NCBI GenBank assembly: GCA_013265495.1
Contig: MU058213.1
Span: forward strand, 372,001-436,000
Source: Vicugna vicugna
Lineage: Eukaryota
Direction: 5' to 3'
DNA length: 64,000 nucleotides
The stretch's first letter is position 1. Each line of letters begins with the position of its first letter. The position numbers were made by a program, and so were the translations under genes. The notes under the pieces were generated by a model that saw only the letters and a list, made by a program, of their open reading frames with translations, had not been told where the DNA came from and ran no database searches. Positions 13,114 through 26,642 of the stretch are shown in pieces.

Positions 13114-14284
13114 GTGTATAGGAACAAAACAGTGGAAATAACCTAGCTACCCCATAAGAGAAGACTATCTAAGTTATTTCTTCTTATGATAGGCTAAATT
13201 TTATTTTTTAATGTTTGTGTTTTTAATAATCATGTTTATCAACGAATAGCATTTATAAAGACTAATGACATGGGGAAATGTTCATGATACACTGTTGAAT
13301 GCTTAAAGCCATTTAGAATATGACCTTAATTTGGGTGTTGAAAAATGGATATACCTATAGAAATAAAATTGGAAAGAAATATACCAAAACAGTATCTGGG
13401 CATAATAAGTGTCATTTTTTTTTTCATAATTTTCTGTTCATTTTCTCATACATATGTAACTTTTATTTATATAACTTTTACAATTAGAAAGAGTTGCGCA
13501 GAAAGAATTTTTCTGTATAAGCCCATTGGATTTTGATTTCCACTGCCGTGGAGGTCCACCCTCAAACCCTGAGGGCTCAGTAACAGCATGTGTAGAAGAG
13601 ACAGGATTAACTCGCCTCCTCTCCGTCAGTCTCAGCAAGTAACAATGACCAGCGACCGCCCGTTCTGTTCTTGCTCCAGCGGTGTATGGTGACTACAGAG
13701 TTTGCCCACTATGGTTGCTATTTCAAAGAAGAAAGCAGACTGTGTCACACAGTGGAATATGCTGATATTCCTCTCAAAAGAGGGACTGGGGAAGATAGAA
13801 GGAAGAGTTTTCTTAGGGAGGAATAATGCAAAGTAATTATGAAATCTTAATAGACTATTTACAAAGAAATGCTTGTTTGCCAATAGCAAAAAAGCCCTGT
13901 CTTATTAGTGAGATGGATATGTGACTGGTTGAAAAACTGAACACAAAGGGTGTGGATTCTAATTCACTGGCATACTTGAGGTGGTCATAGTGTAGATTCC
14001 TGTCTGGCAACACCTATATGGTATTATTCCAAAGAACAGAACAGAATTAGGGCAAAGACAAGGCTACAGATTTCAGCTTAGTAAGAGTAGGGAAACTGTC
14101 ATCCTTAAGACATCTAACATGATGGAGGTGTCAGATAACCCTACCATGTAATCATTTTGCAGAATATAAGTGTATCAAATTAACACTTTGTACCCCTTAA
14201 ACTTACACAACGTTCTATCTCAATGAAAAAACGTTTAAGACTAACAATAGAACTGGCTGCCTCATGAATTAGTGAGAGCCCTGA

Positions 14285-14770
14285 ATGGCAGAAATCCAAC
14301 TCATTGGCTTAAATGAAAAAATAATTTATTTCCTCATGTAACTGAAAAGTCCAGGAGTAGGGGTAGTTTGGCTTCAGGTTCGTGAAGCCCACCAGTAGTG
14401 TGAGGAGTCTGTCCCTCCCCATCTCACTGACATCCTGTATGTTATCTGTATTCTAGATAAGCGGCTCCCTTATGAAAACAAGATGGCCAGCACTGCCCCT
14501 GTCTCACATCCTCACAGTAGAGCAATCCTAGTGGAAAGAGAGCCTCTTTCTCCCAGCATTGAACCTCACTGCCCTGGCTTGTGTCATGTGCTTCTCCTTG
14601 GACCAATCACTATAGCCTGCAGGGTGGAGAAAGGCTTGGGTTTTTTTCTGCCACCACTAGAGCCAAATATGCTGAGAGTGAGAGAGGTCTGGGTTCTCCA
14701 AGGGAAAATCAAGGTGTCATTACTAGAGGATGCTGAGTAGGCCAAAAGCACAGGTGTCCATCATAGACCC
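14285..14770. mobile_element. MLT1 (MaLR) LTR fragment
   Basis: cagaaatccaactc..ggcttaa..atttatt..ctcatgtaactgaaaagtccagg, and gaccaatcact motif. Confidence 0.6.
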
Positions 14771-15050
14771 CAACCCTGGATGTGTTCTGGCAGCCGTCTG
14801 GGAAATGTGGGAGGGACTTCTGCAGCTGACTGAGCAGGAAGTTAAACTTGAGGATCTCAATTTGCATACCCTCCCTTCCTAAGAGTCTGTGATTCCTAGA
14901 AATAAAATCCATGTCAAAGCATCTTACTAGCTATGTTAATACTGTGGAATTGCTATTGTGATATTTCTGGTGAGATTTAAACATTTTTAGCAAAACTTTG
15001 AAAGCATTTTTCAGGACATTAAATATTATTTCTTCTCTTCTCCGTTCCAG

Positions 15051-15134
15051 AAAACTTGGATGAAACAATTGCTCTTCAGACCAAGAATAAGCTAGAAAAA
15101 AATGTTACTGACAATAAAAGCAAGCTTTTCCCAG
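15051..15134 (+). CDS. SCG3: SCG3 coding exon (approx. exon 9)
   Basis: ttccag|AAAACT...CCCAG|gtatga; 84 bp; ENLDETIALQTKNKLEKNVTDNKSKLFP (too short for the ORF track, read manually). Confidence 0.96.
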
Positions 15135-16787
15135 GTATGATTTATTTTACTATTTTTTCCCCAGCTTTTAGCAAAATAACCCTTCTGAGTGGTAAATATT
15201 GAACTTCAATAAACACTGATTAAAAAATCATATATTTTTAAAGTTTAAAGATCTGAAATCCAACCAATAGGATTAAGTAGCTCTAACCTTGACCAGTCTC
15301 AGCACAGAACTCTTTTTTGTGGCCAGTCTCAGCACAGAAATCTGATCCCAAGAAGCACTGAAAAGAAATTAGGTCTTTACTGAAGATTTTTAGGTGGTGG
15401 CTGGTAGAGAAAGGTGAGAGCTAGATCACAAATTGAGCAGACCTTCCTAAAATTCTCCTTTAGGTATCTTTTTCTCATCCTAGATCATCACTGTTCAGAC
15501 CACTGTCCCTCTGTCCCCTTCTCTGCTGCCCCCTCACTAACTCTCCCCTCCCAACTCTTCTGTCTCCTCTGGGACAGTCTGTGCCCTGTGTGGTCTGATT
15601 TACCCCCTTCTCTCAGTCTCCTCACTTCTGCGTCTCACCCATCACCCTGCTTAGCATGGCGAATGTGACAGAGCAGAGCTGTGCAAAGGAAACTTTCAGG
15701 GATGAGGGAGGTGCCAAAAGGGAACAGACTGCAAATTCTTATACTTTAATTTTGTGTCCCTATCACAGAAATTATGTACATATATTTGGCAGAATATACA
15801 GCCCTTTAAAATGATGTTTTCAAGCTGTTTTTAATAACCTGGAAATATCCTTCCGTAGTGATGTTAATGACAAAAGCAAGGAACAAAATTGTACCACAAC
15901 AATGAAAAAATATGCATCAAAAAAAATATATGTACTACAACACTAGCAGTGGATGTTTTATGAAATGAGACAATAACTGGTTTCTTTTTTCTTATTTTTT
16001 ATAGTAATAAACCTTTTTTATACAGTAATAAGCATTTTACTAAAAAAAACTTACTGTTAGATGGCTTAAGATTTCCTATTTTATTGACAAAGATGCATTA
16101 CAGTTGTTTTCAAGGGGTTACCTACTTCAAGGTTTATGATTCTTTAATTCGGTACAGGATTTCTAGAAGGATATATAGTTATTTTTAAGTGAGAAGTCAG
16201 TAAGGGGTTATCCCTTTTGATAGCAAGGGGCCAGTTCCCTTCTTTCCAGTAGGGTAGCCAAGGGTAAAGGAGTATGAAGGAAGAGGCAGGAGGAGAGTCC
16301 GACCATAGCCCCAAATCCTCAGGTGCTACCCTGAGTGACAGACTGTTCTTTGAAACCACAATGTCAAGGAGAGATTAGGCAACTACAGTTATTTTCACTT
16401 GGAATCAAGATTCAAATTTGCTTTGGGACCTGATACATCTCACTTGAATGCCTACATCAATTAAAATAAGGAAAATAATCTATACTCTAATAACACAGGA
16501 TGGCAAAACAGAAAAACCACAACCAGAATCCAGATGGGGAGTTGGCCAAGCTCTTCTGCTAACTCAGTGGGTGACCTTCAGCACATCTCTCCCCTCTTTG
16601 GGCCTCAGTTTCCTCTTCTGTGAAATGGGGGTAAGGAGTTGGACTAGATAGATAATTGCCAAGATAGATCCCTTTCAACTCAAAAAATGGTCTGACCTCA
16701 AGCTGTATCTTTTCAATAAAATTCACTTCCACACTAGGAATTAATTCATAGGAAATGGCGTTATAACAGTGTACAATCTGATTACAG

Positions 16788-16925
16788 TGCCATCAGAGAA
16801 GAGTCATGAAGAAACAGACAGTACCAAGGAAGAAGCAGCTAAAATGGAAAAGGAATATGGAACCTTGAAGGACTCCACAAAAGATGATAATGCCAACCCA
16901 AGAGGAAAGACAGATGAGCCTAAAG
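16788..16925 (+). CDS. SCG3: SCG3 coding exon (approx. exon 10)
   Basis: ttacag|TGCCAT...CCTAAAG|gtatgg; 138 bp; VPSEKSHEETDSTKEEAAKMEKEYGTLKDSTKDDNANPRGKTDEPK. Confidence 0.94.
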
Positions 16926-19062
16926 GTATGGAGTTGACAGCTCTAGGCTGACGATGAAATTAGAGAAGCAAAAACTTTCACTTTGAAGTGTCATCCGAAA
17001 GGCAAGCCCTACCAAATCTGAGAAATTAAAACCGTCTCCATAGAAGAGATTTAGCACATGGTAACTTTATTTGAATAGCAATCTTTTTTAATGGTCTTGA
17101 GGCTCCTGGGATGGCAAATTGGTTTCATCTTTTGATGGTCTTTCATGTCCAATGGGCCTTTGTGCTTGGGAGAAATACTCATGACCATTTGTGCATTGTT
17201 CAATGTCCAATTTATGATCTTAGGAATTTATTAAGCAATATTTCTTTAAACATAACACTGCTTTAAATATTCATGTACTACTTATTCAACAAAGTCATCA
17301 AAATTTATGGCTTTAACAAGACAAATTTTCTTAATCATTTATAGTGATTGCAATCTGGCAAATACTTTCAGGGCCTTGATTAAAAATCATAAATCAAATA
17401 TATCAAGTTTCCATAAGTAACCTCAATACCTTAAAAAGCACAAAAGCACACACTAAACTAGCCCAATAATTATAAAACTTGTTTTTAATACTTATTCTTA
17501 CACATTGACGAAGCCCTAATACGTCTGTGTGATATAAACTTACATCTTCTGGAGTTTTAAGAAACTTTAACACACTCTCAAAGAAAAAGACCACGTGAAG
17601 TTGCAAGTTCAAAGTTGTTAACCCTCTGATTCCAGGTCAGGATGTGGGATCTGGTTGTATAATTCAGTGGTTAGAACCCCTTTTATTACAAAGTGTGCTA
17701 GTTACATGGAAAATATATCTGTCTCTCAGATAGATATTCTTTTTTTGGAAACTTAGTGTCTTTACCAGAAGTTGTGAACAGATGGCTTCAACCTACCTTT
17801 TTTTTTTTTTTTGTCATGATGATGTATTGAACTCTTTGGTATCATTGGTTACTTGTTTATGTCTTATCTATGTCTCATTAGTAGGGTGATCTAAAAGTTT
17901 CATCCCTGAAAGCTCAGGGAGTGGGTCGTTGCTCTCTTGCGAGGGGAGGGTGGCGAGTGTGACATTCAGCTAATTTATCATCTGGAAGCACATCACTGGG
18001 CTCCCTTTTCATTGTTTGTTATCTATAATCATCAGAGGCAATGAACTGACGGCGTTTGTTTAGTCTTTGCTGTAATATGAAGTGAGACCACAAAAGCTGA
18101 TCGTGCTCATGGTATAGCTCTTAATTTTGAAGAGACTGCTTGGCCCACGTGCAAGTTCCCAGTCTCTCCTGCTCATGCAGACAAAAACAGGTTCACGTTC
18201 ATACTTGATAATAGACCCATGCTTAACAGTGTCTGTGTATTAAGTAGAAAAGAAACTAGCTATGTATTTAATACCCTTGTAACTTAATAGCAGCAATAAA
18301 AGTACAGTTTCTCTTTTATATTACTCCTATCTTTGTTAACACTTCATATTAACTTTCTCCATTTATGTAAGTTGTTGATGATTATGATTTTCCTGCTTAA
18401 GCTGGTAGAGATTGGGCAGTAGGAACCCCACCTCCAAGTTTCTCCTTCATCCTTTTAGCAGTGTACTCAGTGGTTTTTAAACTATCTATGCTCTCTTGCA
18501 ACAATATTCTAGGCCCAATCTGATTTTTCCTGTCCCAAGTCTTGAAATCAATTCTCCTTCAAAGAGTTCTGGTTCCTTTACATAGAATATACAGAAAATT
18601 GAACCTAGGTTATACAGGTTCAAATAAGCAGTGATATTGGTCAAAGGTACTGCTTCTATTTCAGTTACTGAGACTTTTTTGAGACAGGACTGAAAAAGAC
18701 ATTGTTTTTCTTAATATATCAAGTTCATGTTGAGTTTTACCATCTTGTGTGTGAAGTTTTAGATTACTGCAGCCTTCATCTAGCATGGATTTAATAGACC
18801 ATCACAATTTTCTCCTACATTGATGTAGCTGACATATCAACTCTAACTGTTTGGTAGTTGCCTATGTTGAAAAACGTTATGAGGTTGCATCTGGACTCAG
18901 GAGGAAAGAATGTTGCAATGATTAATTAATAATGTTTGTCATGGGCATGGACAGGGGGAATTGGTGATATACGTGTCATGTTTATTGACCAGTCATGCTG
19001 CATTGATACTTCTACTCAACCGTAGGCCCACTTCGGATGAGCAGTAACATTTTTTAATATCT

Positions 19063-19828
19063 TTTTTTTAATTGTGTAAAATATACATAACATAAAATAT
19101 ATCATCCTAAGCATTTTTAAGTTCAGTGGCATTAAGTACATTCAGATCATTGTGGTACCATCACCACTGTCCATTTCCAGGACTCTTTTCATCTTGCAAA
19201 ATTGAAACTCTGTACTCATTAAATAGTAACTCCTCATTCCCTCTCCCCCTCCACCCCTGGCAACCAGCATCCTTTCTGTCTCTGCAGATTTGACCACTCT
19301 AGCTACTTCATATAAGTGGAATCGTGTAGTATTTGTCCTTTTGTGACTGGCTTATTTCACAGAATAATGTCCTCAAGTTTCATCTATGTTGTAACATGTG
19401 TCAGAATTTCTTTCCTTTTCAAGGCTGAGCAATATTCCATTGTGTGTGTGTATGTATGTATATGTATATATATATATATACACACACACACACATACCAC
19501 ATTTTGTTTATCCATCCATTTGTCTATGGACACATGTTGCTTCCACCTTTTGGTTACTGTAAATAATGCTGCTCTGAACATGAGTGTATAAATATCTCAA
19601 GACCCTGCATTCGATTTTGAGGCAGAATATTCCCTGAAGTGGAATTGCTAGATCATATGGTAAGTCTATTTTTAATTTTTTGAGAAACCACCGTTTTCCA
19701 TGATGGTTGCACCCTTTTCCATTCCCATCAACAGTGTGCAAAGGTCCCAATTTCTCCACATCCTCATCAACACTTTTATTCCCCACCCCCCTTTTTTGGA
19801 TGATAGCCATCCTAATGGGTATGAGGTG
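19063..19828 (-). mobile_element. L1MB-like 3' end
   Basis: Antisense L1 3'UTR and ORF2 tail (gtggcattaagtacattca...tagccatcctaatgggtatgaggtgg). Confidence 0.85.
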
Positions 19829-22823
19829 GAAGATGACTGGTGAGCTTTTGAAAGGTAGCTAACCAGGATAACAGTGGTCCTGCGGCCTAAGACAGAGAGT
19901 CAGGAACTGGGTAGCACAAAGGACTACAGCTCAGTGTGCCTGAATCATCAGCTCTGGGAGCAACCATGTGTAATGACTGTCCTTCCCTAGAACACAGCAG
20001 GCCATCGTCCGAGTTCTCTGACTCGCAGAGGCAGTGTGCTCAGTGCTTAGGACAACACCTTATATTGCTGTGCAAATATTCCTAAGAGTGGGTGCTGGCA
20101 GGTCTCTTTGCTTGTTTTAGGAAAATATATTTTTTAGAAAAAGGAATATGAAGGAGTTGATTCGTGGTAGCCCACTACTTCCTCTTTAGGATGTGAATGT
20201 TTGGAGACTAATGAGGAGGTTAGATTTCTCTTTAGGATTTCCATTAGATAATAATGGGGAGAGAGAAGAGTAAAACTCCATCCATTTAGTGTTAACCTTC
20301 GTAATGGTTCTCCTGAAACATTAGGAAACGGGTAGGGACTTGGGACTAAATTAGTTTTCCTCCTTCCATCACTTGGCAATTCAATTTATTCATGCTCCCC
20401 CTGATCCTCTTTACTTTGGGATAATGAAAACTGATTTTAGTACAGTGTAGAGAACACCATACTGAGCTTAAGCCAAGGGCCAACATTTCCTGGAAAAAAA
20501 TGTAGCTGATCCCCAAAAGGACATGCTGTGACCTTTATCTCTGTACTCACGGTTGCTTTATTTGCACTCTCCTCAAAGGCTATTCTGCTTCTCTGTTATA
20601 GAAACGCAGTGAAAAAACAGCTGTTGTCTCTAGGCAGAAAAATAAAAGCCTCCATGTGGATGAAGGCAGGGGTGGCTGGGTTTCCTGAGAGATTTATTCA
20701 GGAGTAAATTAACATTTCTGGCGAGGACACGCCTGGCACAGAAGGACTATAAGAACCAGCGCCTGCCTCTGAGAGCTTAAGCAAGCTTTAAAATGACCTG
20801 AGAATAGTTCTTCATTCCTAAGTAGGCAAGTACCACAAGCCACAGACGTATCTCCCTTATTGATGAGTCAGAAGCACGTAGAACAAGCTTCCTTCAGAGA
20901 GAAAGTTGGAGGACATTACAGAGCAGAGCAAGATGAGGTAATGGCTCAGCTAAAGCCTCTTATGGAAACAATTATAAGCAGGACACACTGGCAGGAACAT
21001 CTGCAGGGAGTCTCTTTTGGTGTTGCTACGCGAGGTGATGGCCCCGCCTAACCACAGCAAGCAATAATTAACCATGCCAGGCGTGTGCTGGGGCCTGTGT
21101 GGAACGGCAACGGCAACATCCTACATTTATGTTGCTCCTCAACTTACAAAGCAAGTTTTACGTGCATCTCGTTTCAGACTTAATGTTTTAAAAAATCCAA
21201 TTTAATTACCATTGATGAAAAGTGGCAGGTTCACCTTTGAAAATATTTTAGACTATTTAAACTCTTGCTTTTGACAGGGACTGACACTAAGAATAATGTT
21301 TTAAGATACTGATTTCTAGTTGGTGTGGTGATTTGAATGATTCGATAATCACTCCTAAATATAGGGATTTGCCAATGAAATCAAATTTATTCTAATTTCA
21401 ATCGTATCTATAACGTTGCTTAATTTTTCAAGTACATTGCTCGCTGGAGACCAGAGAACTTTAAAGCTTTATTCCATGATCTAAGTGTGGCGGGTTTTTT
21501 GCCAGCTTGGTGTTTATGCTCCATGAGTCACAGAAAATCTTTTTTTTAAATCATCCAAGAGATGAGATAAGCATTACAATGCCCATAAACTCATTCTAAT
21601 GCTGTCATTTATCAAGTTTATGGCTAGATAATGGAATTAAGTTTAAAAAGGTGACCTCTAAGATATCTTTCCCATAAATATCCTACCATTCCCATATCTT
21701 CTTCCAGAAGCCAGAAAAGAGAAAGCTGCTTATTTAATTACCGCATTGACTATAAACTGACTAACTCATGTGGATGCTTTTATTTTTAAAGCAACATAAG
21801 AGGAGAAAATTCATGCCTTTATTCAAGCCCTAGGGCATTCTGCTAGAAATGTCCAAAAATAGTGGCCTGACTCCCCCGTGAGTCAGCAAGTGTGCCAGGA
21901 GCGAAGGCAGGCCAGAGACCCACCACCCACACAGGACTTTCTAGGACAGCAAAGGAGAATTTCTTCCCATATGTAGAAACCATGGATCTTCTTTTCAGAA
22001 TTCACTCCTTAATTTACAAATGAGTAAACCAAGGCACAGAGGATGAACTGACTCGCCCAAGATCTCATAGCCAAAGAGTGACAGAGCTGGATCTTGATTC
22101 CCACCCAGTGCTTAACCCAGTATCCCCTGCTGCATCGTACAGTCATGTCAAATATCATCACTGTGCAAAAATTCTTCAATTAAATGGCTCTAGGGCCCAC
22201 CTTGGCATCCATGATACAGTATCAGTATGTTATCAGTTGGTTTGTTTTATTAAACCTGTCATTGGATAATCTTCCTATACAGAATGTTAAACATTATATC
22301 AAACCTAATTTTTATAAACCCTCTTTTTGAACATCTAGTACCTTTAATACATCTAATATTCAATAGTTTAACCCTATTGGTTTCTACAGGGCTTTTTTTT
22401 GTTGGGGGGGGAGTTAGTACAGATCAAGGTAGCATATCAGGATCAGGACAAATTCATGTATAAAAAAGGGTATTTCTCTTGCAGGGCTGAGAACCAGAAC
22501 AGCCAGAGAAGCAGGGCTGCGTCTTGTCTCTGGCCCTCTTCCCATCTGCTGTAGCATATGTTTTAAGGCTTGTGCCATATTACCTCAGCCATGAGCTATT
22601 TTTTTCCAGAGGAAGCTGAAGTAAATTTGAAAAAAAATAGGCCGGCTTTCCAAAGCGGACTCTTATGGGCTTTCAGTGCACACTGTGTAAATAATAGAAG
22701 CGCTTTACAGCCCCTGAAAAAAGGAATGTAAATAGGAGCCAGCTGCTTCTGTCTAAGAGCAGAGGAACACCTGATTTTATTCCCAGCGCCCAGCAAATGT
22801 GTGGTGGTCTCAGTGCCGGTGGA

Positions 22824-22986
22824 AGTGGTTCCCAAACTCTGCCCCACGTTGGAATCCCCTCAGGATTGTTAAAAATTCCCTGATACTTAGTCCTTCCTCC
22901 AGATATTCTGATGTAATTGGTATGAGTGACCCCGGCATCAGGATTTTTAAAATCTCCCCTCAGTGATTCCAATAGAGAACCACTGC
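22824..22986. mobile_element. MER5A1-like MITE
   Basis: agtggttcccaaact ... gagaaccactg terminal inverted repeats with MER5-type interior. Confidence 0.7.
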
Positions 22987-23084
22987 CTGTTGGCCAGTTT
23001 AGTGATGACAACAGACACTAAATCGCTGGTCTAAAAGGTGAATTTTACCCAGCTCCCCTCATTAGAGGCTCCAGATTCATTCTG

Positions 23085-23255
23085 CTTCAAGACCAGGCTC
23101 TGACTCTTACTCAGCTGTGTCCCCTTGGGCACATTACTTAGCCTCTCTGAGCCTTAGTTTCTTCATGAGTAAAATGGGAATAACAACGCTTACTTCATAA
23201 AGCTCTGCAAAGATTAAATGACACGTGGATGTAGCATGTCCAGCACATTTGTAGG
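23085..23255 (+). mobile_element. MIR (representative; other MIR cores near 11575, 16540, 25310, 25810, 29360, 36870, 37770, 38080, 39980, 46800, 58570, 60480)
   Basis: ccttgggcacattacttagcctctctgagccttagtttcttcatgagtaaaatgggaataac MIR core. Confidence 0.75.
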
Positions 23256-23953
23256 TGTTTTAAATTGTCTCTGATGTAAGTTCAGAATCCATTAAATTTC
23301 ACGTCTTTCAAATAATTTACTCTTTGTGGAAGGATAGAAGGAAGGAAGGAGGGAAGGAAGGCAGGCGGGCAGGCACACATATCATTTATTCTATTTAAAA
23401 ATTATAGTTTCTCTAGTTTGGATTCGATGCTCACCAAGCCATCTTCTGATTATGATTGGTTTCTATGTAAGAAGTCTTCATCCATTGACTCACTTAACAA
23501 ATATTTATTGAGACCCTACTATGTGTCAGGCTTTATTCTAGGCATGGGGGTACGTCAGCAAACAGGAAGTATTTCTAAGGGAGGAAGACAAATAATAAGC
23601 TTAATAAATAAGTTACATGGTACGGTAGAAAGCAATCATGCTATCGATAAAAATAAAGCGGAAAATGGGAATGAGGGTTATGGGGCCAGGGAAGGTTCTA
23701 TTTTCAGTTAGAGAAACTGTCCTAATCATCTATGTTATGATTCACAAGAGAGTAGTCCTTTAATGGATTACAGTCTAGCCTTCCCTAAGTTGCAGTGAAT
23801 TCATTTTTTGTCATGGGTTGCTGTTAATATGGTGAATAAAATTATTTTTCGTACATTTCATACTTTTTAAAATTCAACATCATTTTTATAGCTAGTTAGT
23901 CCCTGAGCAAAAAGGCACCTGACGAAGGTGACACTGAATCCCTTATTTCCAAT

Positions 23954-24316
23954 TGTCTTAGGTTGGGTTCCCTCCAAAACAGACCCTGAGAGCAGGATTT
24001 GAGGTGGTGTTTTTGATTGGAAGGTGCCTCCAGGAAGCACTACAGGTGGGCTGGGGTGGGGGGATAGGTCCACGGAGGGAACGAAGCCACGGTGGTGTGC
24101 TAATGAGCAGGCTGCAGCTGTGAGCGATGGGGCTCAGTCCCACGAGGACCTCTGGGGACTGTGCGGAACACGCCCAAGGGGTAAGGAAGCCGGGTGGGGG
24201 CGGCTAACTGCCAATCCTGTCCACCGTCGGCTGAGGGCTCCTCTGTTAGCCGGGCTGGACTAAGGGAAGCAGGGCGGGGGGTTGGGGGCGGAGGCAGTCA
24301 ACAGTGTCTGCTACGC
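23954..24316. mobile_element. MLT1-type LTR
   Basis: tgtcttaggttgggttccctccaaaacagaccctgaga...gtgtctgctac. Confidence 0.6.
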
Positions 24317-24876
24317 TATGGCAAAAACCTCAATCGTGTTTTACTCTCCTCATTCAAAATTTTCAATGCAGTATTTAAATAGAGACTAAGCTGTGGTTTT
24401 CCTTCCCTCAAATAAGCTCTCCACGTTAGGACATGATATCACAGACAAGATCGTGGGAAGAATGCTTTAAACTCTTCAAAGAGCAAGACTATTTGCACAC
24501 ATCCTCAAAAGTTCCAGGACCCCTAATTACCTATTGTGCTAATGACAAATCATTATCTGCTCTTTAAAGCAAGCCCTAGGAGAACCACTGATTTGATTTA
24601 AACTCTTTAAAAAGAATGAAGACGCATTCCTTGGAAATAGTCTACATGAAGATTTCTTTCCCTGCTCGAAGTGCTGTTTCGAATTAATTTGAAATAGAGA
24701 ACACTTTTTTTTGTGCTTTTTTTGTTTGTTTTTGTTATCAAATCTGGTTGACCTTCTTATCAAATTGGCAGCAGACAGTGAAAAGCTCTACCTTCGTTGT
24801 GCTGCAGTGCTGTAAATCAGCCAGAGGGATACTGGTGTTGGATGTGCTCTAACATTCTTAAAAGCAAAGCGCTGAT

Positions 24877-25033
24877 GGGAAGGTATAGCTCCGTGGTAGA
24901 GTGCCTGCTTAGCATGCAAAATACTGGGTTCAATCCCAGTATCTCCATTAAAAGATAGGAAAAAAAAATCTTAATTACTCCCCCCCAAAGTAAAAATCTA
25001 AATATATATATAAAGATATATTTTTTTAAAAAA
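24877..25033 (+). mobile_element. vic-1-like SINE
   Basis: GGGAAGGTATAGCTCCGTGGTAGAGTGCCTGCTTAGCATG...GGGTTCAATCCCAG, TAATTACTCCCCC, A/T-rich tail. Confidence 0.85.
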
Positions 25034-26564
25034 GCATTGAAATCAAGCCTTTTTCTACATGGGCAGTTGAAGTGAATAGGGGCTGAAACTTGTGGATCTC
25101 TTCTCTTGTCCACTTACCCCTTTTTGCACAAGAGCTTCTCTGTGCTTCTTTGGGAACCAAGTAACATGGAACCCCTGTGGTGAGCTAAGAGTGGGTTGAT
25201 TAAGATCAGGAAGAACGCTGCCCAGAAAGTTACCTTAGGTAAATGTGGTGATGGAAATGGGAACATCAGCGAATCTTAGGGCAAAGTCATCGTTCAGGAA
25301 CTGTTGTCGGGTGTACCTGGATTCAAGCCTGGTCCTACCACCTCCTAGCCTGATGATTGTCAGCATATTACTTTCTGTCTCTGGGTCTCAGTGTCCTCAC
25401 CTCTCAAATGGGGATTAAACAAGACTGCCTCCAAAGGTTGTTGTGAAGAGTAAAAGACATGACATATGTTGGAGCACAAAACAGCCCCTGGCACACGATC
25501 AGCACACAGTACAGGTAGCTCCATCGAGAGATCTGGGGAGTAGACCAGAAGGAACAGGGCTCAAAGGGAATCAGAGCAGCTGGTCACCACCTAGAGGCCC
25601 TGGACTTTGAGGGCCTCTTTTCTTAGATTGGCCAGTACTCTTCAGACCTCCTGATCTCTTGGTGCAGACACTCTGGGCATTAGGGACCCACCTGATGAAG
25701 GGGGTGGTTGATTACTTCGAGACAGAACAAGGCTACATCAGTGTCCATGTCTGAACGCGTCTTATCTTTCAGATAGTGCAGGCAGCAGAGACTTGTCAAG
25801 ACCAGAGTCCAATTTTCAGCTCTATTATTTCCTGTGTGGTCTCAGCCAAGTCACTTAGCCTCTCTGAGCCTGACTTTCATCTCTAAGGTGATGATAATAC
25901 CCACTTGTAGACAACAGTGCATATAAAGGATGTCACAGGGCAGGTGCTTCAGTGATGCCTGGTATTCTCTTGCCACACTTAAAGCTCATCAGGGAGTGTT
26001 TATATCTGGGAGTTTTCTAGAACAAGTTATCCAAACCTCGAAATGAGGCCCAAGTCCCCTCTTCATCTGAGTTGTTACATGCTCCCTACCAGTCTGGGCA
26101 GAAGACCTGCAGAGCAGCCTACACAAAGCCACAGAGTGGACTTATTCATCACATGTTTGCTGATGGAGTCCTAAGTATCTGCCACTCTGATTTGGTTCTT
26201 GACCTGATAACACTCCTCAGTTCGAAAGAACCACCCCTAACCGGAAACGACCCAATCTGAGACTGGGAGGGACCCACCTCTCCAGTGAACTGAATCAAAA
26301 CACTTCTCCGCCAGGACATCAAATTGTATTTATTTGTATGTCCGGAGGATAATGGCCCCTTGACATTACCAGCCTGGACCTGCCTCCTGGAATCTTATCC
26401 CCACCACCCAATAAATATGCACACTCCCTCCTCAGGGACACTAACTACCAAGTGTTCAATAAGTCCAATATTTGTTTATGGTCTCAAACATAAATGTGAT
26501 CTTTAAAAAGAGATAGAGTGATATTTTTAGGAGTATTTAATATGGGTTCCCTTGCCTTTTCCAG

Positions 26565-26642
26565 GGAAAACAGAAGCCTATTTGGAAGCCATCAGGAAAA
26601 ATATTGAATGGCTGAAGAAACACAAGAAAGAAAATAAAGAAG
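26565..26642 (+). CDS. SCG3: SCG3 coding exon (approx. exon 11)
   Basis: ttccag|GGAAAA...AAAGAAG|gtaagg; 78 bp; GKTEAYLEAIRKNIEWLKKHKKENKE. Confidence 0.96.

Noticed and set aside
15293..15339. 17-bp direct repeat CCAGTCTCAGCACAGAA x2 (15293, 15323)
   Set aside because: Two copies only; a local microduplication, not an array or CRISPR-like structure.
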